The position numbers and the translations under genes were made by a program. The notes under the pieces were generated by a model. It made no database searches and had not been told where the DNA came from. It saw nothing but the letters and a program-made list of their open reading frames with translations. A DNA stretch of 50,715 bases, the filler included, from Catajapyx aquilonaris (lineage: Eukaryota): NCBI GenBank assembly GCA_000934665.2. It is 2 parts of 2 records of this genome, joined end to end, with 100 filler letters (N's around TTAATTAATTAA, not from the genome) between each part and the next. Parts side by side here need not be neighbours in the genome. Positions count along the whole stretch, not along the records: positions 1 to 25,314 come from JYFJ02005402.1; 1 more part is not named here. One strand, written 5' to 3'. Of the stretch, positions 1 to 11,900 are shown piece after piece (positions within the stretch are counted from its first letter, which is position 1; every line of letters begins with the position of its first letter).

Positions 1-8
1 GGTCACTC

Positions 9-1607
9 GTGGAGGAGGGAGAGGTCCATCGAGTGATGACCTCGCCCCCTGCCAGTGCCCTCAGGCTGAAGGTGGCCAGTCGGATGGAGGAAGGTGGACA
101 GTTGAAGGTGGAGACTGTCTGCTTCTTCTGCGCAGAGGGTGGTCAACCGATGGTCATCGATCTGGGCGGTGTCAACCATGCAGGCAGAGCAAAAACTGAC
201 AGGTTCTTCAAAAACTACGACATAAACAAGATGAACAAGAAACCATTTGTGATAGGGATGTATCTGTTTCCAGCTGACATGGAGGGCGTTCGAAGGAGAA
301 AAAGAGAACAAGGTGAGGTTTACCTCACTTTTTTCGAAAGGATTTACATCGTGGCTGAAGAAACCCCGAACTATTTCATTTCTGAAATTTATGTGAAGGA
401 GCCCACCAATGCAGACTTTGACAATAGATTGGGCAACGGCACTTGGGTGGGACTGACACAGGATTTGTTGTCAGGACGTATAGATGGGATAGGTACATTG
501 CCTTACACAAGTGAATCCTATCGATATACCCTCCTCACGCATCCGTACTTTTACGCTCATGGTACATTCCTGACCAGAAGACCCGGAGGAGTGGTCAGCT
601 GGAGGGTGATCTACAGGCCCTACGTCCTCCCCTTCTGGGTGACCTTGGGGGTCACCCTCGCCCTGCTCCCCATCGCGATGGTCAGCCTCTCCCGCTGCGA
701 CCCATCTCGAGGGAGGTCAGAGGTCGAAGGGCAGCGACTGACCCTGCTGGGATCCCTCCACGTCCTGGCCAGACACCTGGTAGAACAGCCCGTTCCCTTC
801 CCCACATCCCGCCGCTTTCTCTTCCTGGCCTCCTCCTTCCTCTTCTTCTCCACCGTGGTCATCACTGGCTACAAGGCCAAGATGGTCTCCTTCCTTACCT
901 TCCCCCCGAGGGAGTTTGTCCCGAGGAACTGGAGGGAACTGGAGGAATCGGATTGGACCATCGAAGCTGACATGATCACTTTTCTTGGCTGGAAGAAATA
1001 CCTCTCCTATGTCGACGATTCTTTCTACCACTCCCTGGATGCGAAGATGATCATGAGTGAGAGCATCCAGCAATGCCTGCGGAAGATGCAAACAGAGCAA
1101 CTAGTCTGCGCAGGTATGAACCTGCTCCTGGATCAGGAGATTTACCTCTTTCGCGACACTTCTGGGCAGCCAACATTCCGTTACTCCGACGACCACATAT
1201 TTCCGAGTTACGTGGGGTCCGCTTACCCCCGGGGACAAACCATGGCTTATCACATGGGAACAAAAGCCATCATATTCATGATTGAAAGTGATTTGATAAG
1301 AGTCATCTTGCGTGACTCCATGTACCTGATGTTCCTCCGTTCCTTGGACCGAATCCGGGCCAGGGAGAGGGACAACCCCCAAAAGGCAGAGGAAGTGTTG
1401 ACCTGGACAAAGCTCTCCCCCATCTTCAACATGTGGTTGGTGGGACTGGCCGTTGGATTGTGTGCATTTGCATCCGAAATGTTCAGTCGCAAGTGTCGGA
1501 CTAAAGGGAAAAGCCTTAGAGCGAGAAGACCAGTCATCATGTGCCCTTCAGCTTCTCAAGAAGTCAAAAAAATACCCGTAACGGGTAAATATCCCTCTTT
1601 GAATTGA
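9..1607 (+). CDS. Divergent ionotropic receptor (IR; iGluR-derived chemoreceptor), intronless in the visible part, 5' end probably upstream of the window
   Basis: 532-aa ORF, open to the window edge. It has IR/iGluR hallmarks in the expected order: S1 motif GNGTWVGLTQDLLSGRIDG, pre-M1 IYRPY..PFW followed by TM1, pore/M3 region LVEQP...VITGYKAKMVSFLTFP, and a last TM preceded by VLTWTKLSPIFNMWLVGLAVGLCAFASE. Stop TGA at 1605-1607. Confidence 0.85.
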   Translation: MEEGEVHRVMTSPPASALRLKVASRMEEGGQLKVETVCFFCAEGGQPMVIDLGGVNHAGRAKTDRFFKNYDINKMNKKPFVIGMYLFPADMEGVRRRKREQGEVYLTFFERIYIVAEETPNYFISEIYVKEPTNADFDNRLGNGTWVGLTQDLLSGRIDGIGTLPYTSESYRYTLLTHPYFYAHGTFLTRRPGGVVSWRVIYRPYVLPFWVTLGVTLALLPIAMVSLSRCDPSRGRSEVEGQRLTLLGSLHVLARHLVEQPVPFPTSRRFLFLASSFLFFSTVVITGYKAKMVSFLTFPPREFVPRNWRELEESDWTIEADMITFLGWKKYLSYVDDSFYHSLDAKMIMSESIQQCLRKMQTEQLVCAGMNLLLDQEIYLFRDTSGQPTFRYSDDHIFPSYVGSAYPRGQTMAYHMGTKAIIFMIESDLIRVILRDSMYLMFLRSLDRIRARERDNPQKAEEVLTWTKLSPIFNMWLVGLAVGLCAFASEMFSRKCRTKGKSLRARRPVIMCPSASQEVKKIPVTGKYPSLN

Positions 1608-2912
1608 TTGCTCATTGATATGTCATTATCATGCCTGTCGTGGCGTTTTGTGGTGACATTCAGTCCAAACGAGCGGAGTTGTGTTTAGTAGACAAGGAAA
1701 CAGCATCACTCCCATCACCTCTTCCGACTGTCTGCGGACGGAAGTAATTAAATGGATGTAAGTAGAGTCCTTCAGCAATCCTTACATAGACCACGGATTT
1801 TTCACGGGAGGTATGTTTGGGGGATTACCATTGTGTCCTTGTCTGGTAATATTAAGTGTTCGTGCATTTTCACTTCTACCCTCAAGACTCTGGCTCTCTT
1901 GCCACACAAACAATCGAGCCTGTCCTCGCCTAGTTCATCCCTTGATATGCAAGAGTATTCTTGTAACGCAAATTATTATTATGCCACGATTATATGTCGC
2001 GAATATCGTGACACTCAGCTTTGTGACTGCGCAAGTGCAAGATATTGGTAGCCTACTTGGGATAATTAATTTCCACAAACAATCCCTCCTCTAAGTGCCT
2101 GCATTAATGCATCATAACTCGGACATTATACTTTGCTTCCTAGGCGTAGGTTATATTGTAATTCTGGTTGCGCAAAGATTGAGCCCAGTTGCATCGTTGC
2201 AAACTGTCGGCAATGAGGCAGATGTTAGATGTAAGACAAAAAGTGATTATAAATATATTGTCTCACAATAGTTCACAGTCAATTGCACTGCGGGCGCAGA
2301 TTCAATTATCCTCCACCATGTTGTCATTGCAACGTAGCACAACATGCACATGAAATTGCCACTTTCATTTCCCCAATCCGTTCCTCAATAACCTGGGTGA
2401 GCAACCAACCGGTTTCCTTGCTGCACGTCTACAAGAAAGTACAGTGCGAGTGCATTCCTCTCATTTGTGTTGTGTGTTCTATAATAATCCACACCAATTC
2501 ATTTCTCTTTCAAACGTCATTCCGATTCAAAGGGTCTCTGACCTAACTGTCCGTCCATCAACATACAACACACGGGCATTGGGGATGTACATGATTTAAG
2601 CGAATAAATCAGTGATAACAGTTTGTTTTCTTCATTTACTCATCAAGGTGAAGATACGCGACGATGAATTTTACCCAGGCCTTCCAGCTGCCAGTAAGGT
2701 TTCCATCCACAAAATGTACTGTTATAAGTGATAATTCAGTTCATTCTCCTAATGATGCATCAAACTGCATACATACTGAAGCCACCGCACATCCGTACAG
2801 TCTCAAAATAACCGCAGCAATGAAAGCACCTGTAGGCCACGTTTATTCCCGGCTTATTCCATTAGCCTGTTATTGTTATTCACAATTCTTCCTATATAAC
2901 AACAATATTATA

Positions 2913-2918
2913 TTTATT
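2913..2918 (-). terminator. Probable polyadenylation signal (AATAAA) of the dynein gene
   Basis: TTTATT on + strand, 13 nt beyond the TAA stop, in an AT-rich stretch. Confidence 0.5.
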
Positions 2919-2931
2919 ATATAATAATAAT

Positions 2932-5900
2932 TTATGAGGCAAGACTGAGGATGAGGGCGGTTCCCCTCTTGATCCAGTGGTCCGGCCCCGTGTCTGGCGA
3001 CCCGCACTTGAGGTCCACTGCGACCACGAAGGAGGCCCTGGAGGCGGATCCGGACCTGATGGGGAAGTAGTAGGTGGGGCACTGGTAGTTGCCTCTCCCG
3101 GCCTTCTTCTTGCTCTCCATGGGCTTGAAGTGGACCACGGGCATGGAGCAGACCAGCTGCATCGGGGCGGCCTCCAGGAGATGCGCGCCCTTCTTGTCCC
3201 ATCCCGCGCCTTCCAGGAACATCCCACGGACGTACACTCCGTCCGCTGGAGGCTCCTTTATGTGCGCCTCGTCGCTCTGATGATGGACAGGGAAATTAAA
3301 AGAGATCGATCATGAAAATGCGCCCATGTCGCAGCCGGGTTTACATGTCACTCAGGATGAAGCGTATTATCCTCTCGGGATGAAGCGCCTCATCCTTGCC
3401 ATGTAAAGTCCCGTTACTCGAAAGAATGATCTGACGTCACATCAGCCGTGTTTTCTGAGCATGCGCAGAGCGATTCGTGGACAAGATTGGAGGGGAGAAG
3501 AATAATGGTGGAGAACGTGACGTCAGATGGTTCTTTTTCGTTTACCGGACTGTAGTATTATGCGATTCACGAGTCCTGGCCTGTTAGGCTCCACCCACCT
3601 CCTCCCAACGTCAGCGGCGGAAGAAATCAGTCCTGGAATGCTCGTGATTCTCGCGAGTAGGAGCCATTGGTGCGGGGTTCGGTCTCAACAAGGTGGTTCG
3701 TCGTATTTCCAGGCCTGGTTGTCCCCCCCCCCCNNNNNCCCCCATGCGATCCACTGCTGCCAAATGCTCTCCCCCATCCTCCTGGCAGGCGTGTGAGGCC
3801 ATGGCGGACGCTGACGTGGCAACCTCGCCTTCAGAGGGCGGAGGACGGGGGAGGAGCCTAACAGGCCAGGACTCGTGAATCGCATAATAGTAGCCACGAC
3901 GAACTTGCCTGGCTGACTGTGAACTCCCAGGAGAGGGAGTCGATGGGGACTCCGTTCTTCCTGGCCGCCGTCTGGAGAACCGCGGTCAGGAATCCGGTCG
4001 GGAAGGTGAACCCGGACAGCCAGAACTTGACCGGAGGCCGGACGGTGTTGGCCCAGGTGGAGAACTGGTCCACCCTCTGCATCAGATCGCGGATCCAGGA
4101 TCCCAGCGGCTTCAGGGACGGATAGGCCTTCGTCCAGGCCGGAGGGACGCGGCCGTCCAGCATGTAGCCGAACACCTCCTCCAGGTCTGCGGACATGACC
4201 ACCAGGCCTTGGATCCCCTTCTCCAGGTCGATCAGCGACTTGCGGATGCCGTTCAGAAGCTTCACGTACCGTTCAATCTCCTGGAGAAGGACGGTCACCA
4301 AGGGAGTCCGAGTGCCCTCGCCTGCGCAGAGCTTCGCGGCGCTCTCCACGCTGATCAGCTCCGGGACTTTGCTCAGCACGTCGGCGGCCAGCTGCAGCAC
4401 CGTGTCCTCTTTGGACATACCAGCCGGTTCAGCCGACGCGGTCCTCCCGCCTTCCCCTTCGCCGCCTTTCCCTTCCTTGGATCCTCCTCCGTCGTCCGTG
4501 GTCTTCGGCTGCATGGACAACAGCGTCTCAAGCAGCGACGTCGTCTCGGATATCAGGGACGCGATGTCCGCGTTCGAGTGCTGCCCAAACGCTTCAGGGT
4601 GATCAGCGGTCGGAAGCTGCGCGATGAAGTCCCGGTACGACTGCAGCGGTCCGTCTTTAGGTATGTAGTAGTGCGGAAGCGCCGACAGCTTGTGCATCGG
4701 ATTGGACAGGACGTCTTCGCAGAAGTACTGGTTGATGTAGGACATCAGGAGGCGTCGATCCCAGTCGTCGGTGACATGTCCGCCGTAGTTGACGGCGGCG
4801 ATCAGGTACTTGAGGGCGTCCCACGGCGTCTCCTCGTACTCGTCCAGGTAGATCCGAAGCAGCAGCTCGGACACCTCGTAGTCCGAGTCGTTGAATCCGT
4901 ACACCACGTTCCAGCCCAGCTGCTGAAACTTCCTCCGCTCGACCAAGACGCCGTGGAAGAAGCACAGGGAGAACAGCAGCTTCTTGTACTTGTCGTAGTG
5001 CTGGCACGAGTTGAACTGCTGCTCGGTCATCCCTTGGTACAGCTTCTTCAGTCCGGCTTTGATGCCCCGGGGAGGCTCCGTGGTCATCTTGATCCCGGAC
5101 TGGAGGATCGAGATGGGGAACTCCGGGTTCGGGCTGGAGCTGAGCCACATCCGGAAGTCCGGATGCGGCTTCCCTTCGGCGATCTCCTCCACGATCTTGT
5201 CCAGCTTGGGCATCCAGCTCAGGCTCAGGTGGCAGTTGGCCAGGAAGACCCACTTGCCCATCTGCACTCCCTCGGCCAGGATGCGGGTGGCCACCGGGGC
5301 CTGACCCTGACCCAGGGAGAGGGACACGAAGCGGTTAGGGGTCATCCCGCTGTTCTCGGCCAGGGCTATCAGCGTGCTGGCCGGATCCACGCCCGGAGAA
5401 AGGACGAAGATCAACGGTGTGCCCGGGAGGGACTCGTCCAGGACCTGCCAATTAACAGTTAAAGACATTAGCGCCATCTTGGAGTTTGTTGGAAAAGCCA
5501 CAATAACGTTCGTTGGCCTGCGGGAAAAGTGAAAGCTGTGGCAACTACTACCTATAGATAGGTGATGAGTCAACTTGTTTACAGCACTGCTGTACTGATT
5601 CCCAGGGGCGAAACGGTCTGCGGATACCGCTCATAATAAGGCAATGATATCTCACCGGGTCTCGGACTTTTCGCCCCCGCCGTTTCGCCCCCGGCATATT
5701 GGCCCCCGTGACAATTTCTCCCACGCAGTGGAATATGTCACGGAGGCGAAATTGTCACGGGGGCCAATATGCTGGGGGCTAAAAGTCCGGGGGCGAAACG
5801 GCATGCGGATACCGCTCATAATAAGGCAATGACATCTTTTGCCAAAATATAAGGCAATGATATCTGACCGGGTATCGGACTTTTCGCTCCCTCCGTTTCG

Positions 5901-8900
5901 CCTCCGGACTTTTAGCCCCCCGTGACAATTTTTCACAAGCAGTGGAATATGACAAGGGGGCGAATACGCCGGGGGCGAAAAGTCCGGATCCTATCTGACC
6001 TGTTTGACGTCCAGAACTGGAGGTTCGATGAACTTGTTGGACAGGTTGTTGGCCACGAAGGACGTGGCGCAAAAGGCGACCCTGTCCGGCCTGAGAGCCC
6101 GGACGAATATCATCCTCTGGAGCTCGTTGCAGGTGGCGTGCCACTCCCCTGGAAGCGGCGTCATCTCGGGCTCGGCCGCCGTGTACCAGCTGTACCACTC
6201 TCGAGGGTACTGCTCGAAGCTTGTGACCACCCCTCTGAAGGACAGCAGCTTGTCCATCTCGCAGACGTTGTCCCAGGTGACCTCGTTCAGCCAGGCGCTC
6301 ACGGGGTTGTCCGCCTGCTCCTCTCTGTCCACGACGACCCCTCCTTTGAGGAAGAACCCGTACTCCTCCTTGTCTATCTTCTTGGCGGCCTCCATGACTT
6401 TCACGCACATGTGGAACGAGAAGAGGAGCTTGTGCTGCTCGAACAACCCGCGGCATGTGTTGCGGTACACCGCATACGTGTGGTAGTCGTTCAGGACCCG
6501 GATCCGCTCTTCGAACCGGTGCGGACGGGGACTCCGCTCGATGGACAGTATGAACAGGGCTATGTACGCGTCCAGCGCGAACTGGTACATGGGATCGATG
6601 CGATTCATGTCGTTCAACACGAAGAAGAGGACGGACGCCCGTTTGGCGCAGGCACGATACCCCTCGCGAGCCGTGTCGATCTTCTTCTCGGTCTCCTGCG
6701 CCACTTCCAGCTGCTCTCCGACTTCCTCCGACGTCACCTTCGAAGTCTGCAAGGTTATGACCATGTCCTCGTCGTCCAGCAGCGAACCTTTGGCTTCGGT
6801 CAGGAGTCGCAGGATCTTGTCCTCCAGATCCAGCTTCTTCTTCTTCCCTGCGGCGATGTTGAGCACCAGCATGTCCTTCTGCTCCTCCAGCTCCGGCTTC
6901 TCCTTGCGAACCACTATCCCGAGGAGCTGGGCCTCCAGCCCTTGCTCCTTCACTGCGAAGTTGACGATCGTGGTCTGGGTTGATATCTCCGGGCTGTAGT
7001 GCGGGTTGGTCAGCTTGGTGGCGATGTAGAACCTGAAGTTCTCGTTGTACTCCACCTCCTTGTCCAGCATCTTCATCACCAGGGTGTCCCCTCTCTTGAT
7101 TATGGATCTGGCCAGGACCGGATTCACCGACGGATCCAGGACCTCCTGGACGTTCTGCAGGATGACGGGACTCCCTCTGCGTATCCCGTCCTCCAGGATT
7201 CGCATGAAGTTGGGCATCTGCATGTCTATGACCATCAGGCCCTGCTTTCCCTCCATGTTCTTGATCCACTTCAGCGCCTGGCACTGCGGGTCGATCATCA
7301 GCGGCCAGCGGTTGCCTCTGAGGGTGATTATCCCGTTTTCGGTGCTGAACGCGTCTGACGGCAGCCCTTGTATGTTCCACTCGCGAATCGTGGTCGGGGT
7401 GGCCAGGAACTGCGAGAGGACAAAGTCGTACGAGAACGGGATGTCGTTGGAGCTCTGGATCATGGTCTGCCAGAGCCTGAGCAGGGCTTCGCGGTAGTCG
7501 GACAGGAAGGGTCCCAGGTACGAAATGCAACCCGAGGCGATCAGGCAGTCTCCGGGGAGGAATCCCATCAGCTCCTCCAGCTCCTCGATTTGGAGCTTCC
7601 AGCTGTCCTTCTCGCCGGCCAGACCTGACACCAGCTGCGCGGCTCGGTCCAGCTTCATCTCCAGGTTCTCGGCCTTCTTCTTGAGCTCCTCCTTCTGAGC
7701 CAGCTTGTCGTCGTAGTCCTTCTTCAGCTTGTCCAGCCTCTCCGCCAGCTCCCTCAGGTTGGCCTCTGCCGCTGCCAACGTGGCCTGCTTCTCCTTCAGC
7801 TGCCTCTCGGCCTCCGCCAGCTTGAGCTTCTTCGGCAGCACTATCTTGAAGAGGTTCCCGTATATGTCCATGGCCCTCACCCAGAGGCACAGGGAACGAG
7901 CTGCTGTCGACTGCTTCCCGACCGTGTCCGGCTGGAAGTCCGGATGGGACGTGTACTGCCCGATCTTCCTCAGCACCCGGTCGCTGATGTTGTCCTTGTC
8001 GAACGTCTTCAGCTCGTTCAGGAAGTTGAGGTTGCCCAGCTCCTTCTTGGCCTCCGCCCAGGATGGCTCCATGCCCTTTAAGATCAGCACCGCGTTCATC
8101 ACGCGCTCCACCAAGGGAGGCGCCTTTCCGTACGACTTGATCTCGGTGATGTCCTGCTTCTTCAGCGAGTCCAGGGAGCGGATGGCTTCCTCCAGGGCGG
8201 GCATGGCAGCCTCCAGGTCCACCAGGGCAGCATCGGCCATCTTCTTGCACGCCTCCTCCTCCTCCGCTATCCTCACCCTCCTGGCAGCCACCACCTATAT
8301 AGTGGTCAAAAGGTGGGTTTAGAAGGGGCCAAACCAAGGGTGTATAGGACCATCAAACCTTCTTCTGCTCATCGGCCTCCCTGGTTTGCTGCACGATCAG
8401 CACCAGGAACTCGTCGCACTGTCTCTGGAACTCGGCCACCTCCACCTTCGCCTTCTCCAGGTCGACGGACATGTCCTGCACGATGATGGTCGTCTCGTCA
8501 ATCTTGGACAGGCCGCCTCTCAGCTTGTTGGCCGAGTCGCCCAGTTCCTTCCGCTTCTCCGCCAGCATCTTCTTGTAGCCTGCCACCAGACCCAGGAAGT
8601 TGGTAGGGGTCACGTAGTTGATCCTCTTAAGCTCGGTGGCCATCCTGATCGACATGTCTATGACGCTGCCGTGCATCGACGCGAAGGCTCCTGCTATGGC
8701 TAGCCGCACGTCTTCAGCCGCCTTCAGCCAAAAAGCAACCTGTCATTAAGACCTGTTTGGACATTGTCTCTTGTGTCATACCTTGGCGTTGATACTGCCA
8801 GGTCCGATTGCCTCCATCTCTGGGAAATCGACCTCCTCCAGCCAGTGTTCGGCCACTTCCATTAGCGCATCGTGAGGCCACACGCCAAAGTAGTTGACCG

Positions 8901-11900
8901 TCGTGCAGTTGATCAATGCCGGGTACTGTCTGGCCCTGTTGCGGAAGTCCTCTCCGACTGGGCTCATGCACAGGACCACGTGCAAGTTGACTCGAGCCCG
9001 ATCCATCAGGAACCGGTAGATGTTCTCGGTCGTGTCGTGTATCCCTTCCGCCCGTACGATGTCTCCCAGGTCCGACTTGATCTCCTCGAACTCCTCCGGC
9101 TTGTACAGGTTCGGCACCTCCCCTGAGCTCAGGATGTTGTTGATGTCCTCCAGGAACGTCTCTTCCGCTATTTGGTTGTCCGAGAACAGGAAGGTCGTGG
9201 CCTTGTCCAACACGCCAACTGTGCGGTACAGCCCCTTCATGTCCTCGCGGAATTCGGGCTTCCGGTAAGACTTGGTCACCTACGCAGGGGAAGGTAAATG
9301 GCATAAAAATTCTGAAGGTGTCTGGAAGGCATGCCATAACGTACCTCGATGCAGAAGATTCCTTGGTAGGATATGAAGGCTGCCAGCCTCGCGATTGACC
9401 TCCGTCCACTTCCGCCCAGTCCCAGAAGCAGCATGTTTCCTCGAGGCTGGGATATGACCCGGATGACCCTCACCACGTGCTCCACTGCGTCTCGGAACAG
9501 CACCAGGGTCATGGCCACCTTCCCCGGGAGCTTGTTGTACTCGGTCAGCTGGTTGTACATGTACGTCTTCAGGACCTTCATGTCCTTCAGGTCCTCGTAG
9601 TAATTCGTGCTGAAGTCGCCTGAACAACGGAATAATCAGGATATCAATAATTTTTGACCTAAGCTATACATACAAAATTCTTGTTTTAAATCAATGTGAG
9701 TTGCACAAGTGATTATTTTTATTGTTACATTTATATTATGTATGCATGTCGATGCGGACAACGCAATAGAGAAGCATGAGTGATGAAGCTTACCAAATAA
9801 CGGAGGAATCTTGTTGGGACAAATGTTGTGGAAAGTCATGTCGAACATCGTGGCCAATTTCTCGGTCAATATGTTTACAAATAAGTCTTCATCCCTGAAT
9901 TGTAAAAACAACATGTAAGTTACCGTTAATATTATTGTAGACACGAATTCTTTAAAAAAAACATAACCTGGCATCTTACACGGAAGACAGCTGCAAATAA
10001 TAATATGGTGAGAGGACTAACTTTGTTTCGACGAGCCTGTCGCCAAAGACCCTGAAGACCTCGTGTATCCAGAGCCTGGTCATGATCGGCTTGGTGTCGT
10101 GGCACAACCGGTGCGACTTCAACAACCCCTGGAACACCTTGGAGATGTCCCTGAGGCTGAACAGGTAGTGGATCTTGGTCGGGGTCGGCAGCATCCGGGC
10201 GGAGATGCTCTCGTAGAGCTCCAGCGTGGCCCGGGTCATGATGTCCCCCAGGGCCTTCACCTCCTCCTCGAAGTCCACCAGCTTCTGGTTGATCAGGGTG
10301 CCGAATATCCGGTGTATCTGGGCTTCGGATGGAAACCCGATGTTGACCAGGCTGAACTGGGCCTGGAGACGCATCGAGATGGCGGTCCTGCCTCCTCCAG
10401 GCGGCCCCATCGCCGCCAGAAGGAACATGTCCCGGACGCTCTTGGGGAGCTGCAGAAGTCGGTCGTACCAGAACCCGTACTCGACCCACATGCGGATCAG
10501 CTCCAGAGGAGGCTGCGACCCGTAGGTGTCCTTCGCCGGCATGTTCAGGTCGTCCATGAAGGTGATCAGCTTCTTCCCTCCGACCGGGACGTACACTCCT
10601 TTGGTCCGCTTCTCCGTCTTGCTCTCGATGATTTCCTGCACGTTGTTGGACGTGGTCTGAGCCGACATGCTGACCAGGAGGAAGCTGTACACCGCCGGGT
10701 CCAAGGCCTGGACGGCGCTGCTGGCCACCGAGGTCTTTCCTGTGCCAACAGGGCCCACTATCAGCAGTGGAAACGATCTGTCTGTGACCCAGAGGAAGGA
10801 AAACATTATATACAGACCGTATTAGTCTAAAAATGTGCCAGAGTTACTTATAAGCGTGGAGGTCAAGAACTCGTAACGAATGGTGTCCACAGTGGGGACC
10901 ACGATCTTGAAGAACGGCAGGTTCGGATTGTATCTCCAGTTGGAGGGCAGGAGGTCCTCCCAGCTCTTCCAGACCTTGCTGTGCGGGTCCATCATGTACT
11001 CGAACACCGTGTCCTTGTTCGGGTAGCTGGTCTCGCTCTCCCGGAACATGGTGTCCAGCTTCTTCCTGCCGTCCTCGTCCACCGAGGCGCACACGGACCA
11101 GATCAGGGAGAAGAGGAAGATGTACCTGAGGGACGTGACGAACCCTGGGTCGCGGACGTCCACCCCGTTCTCCCTGTTGGCCAGGCACTCCAGGAGTCGG
11201 CAGAGGCTCTTCACGCCGTTCAGCTCCGTTATAGGTATCAGGTCCTTGCAGTTGGCCTTCTTGAACTGCAGGACCTTGTCCAGGAAGCGGTTGAAGAACT
11301 TCCTCAGCTGGAAAGAACATGTTTTGTCAGACAACCTCTGCTGACCTTAGGGGAAAAAAAACTCACTTCTTCCGCCAGTTCCGGCACCGGCTGCTTCTGA
11401 AGCCAGGACTCGACGTAAGGCTGCCAGCCCAGGTCCCCGTAGTCCACGAACACGACGCCACACCTGGACACGGTGGCTGGTGAGGCCTGGGCCAGGTCCG
11501 CCACCTCGAACAGCAGCGAGACCTGCTCCGGCATGGTGATCCTCTCTCCGTTGATCAGAGTCAGGACCTGTTAGACACAGTTGGCTGTATATGCCTCTAT
11601 ACGCATTGGTTGGTAACTAATACATTATCAAGACAGACCTTGTTGTCGTCCATGACGCTGTTCATGTTCTCGATCCAAACCGCGTCGACGGGTCCGTCGA
11701 ACAGGATCCACTTCTGGTTGGGACCCTCGTCGGCGCAGGTCTGCCTCATGATGGACGATATGACGCCGTCCACCCACTCCCCTGTGCCGAAGTCCATCTC
11801 TCCGTACAGCTCGGCCTCGCTCAGCGCCTTTGGGTTGATGGCGTACTCCCGAGCGCCCTCGAATCCGGGCTGGTTGGCCTTCTTCAGGACGTTCAGCGAG

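Larger units (their letters stand above)
3277..3908 (-). other. GC-AG intron (last intron of DNAH2)
   Basis: Donor CAG|GCAAGT, acceptor CATCAG|AGC. The join gives EFTVSQSDEAHIKEPP, the same spacing as recalled vertebrate DNAH2 EFIVSTVDDSNLVYPP. Confidence 0.8.
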
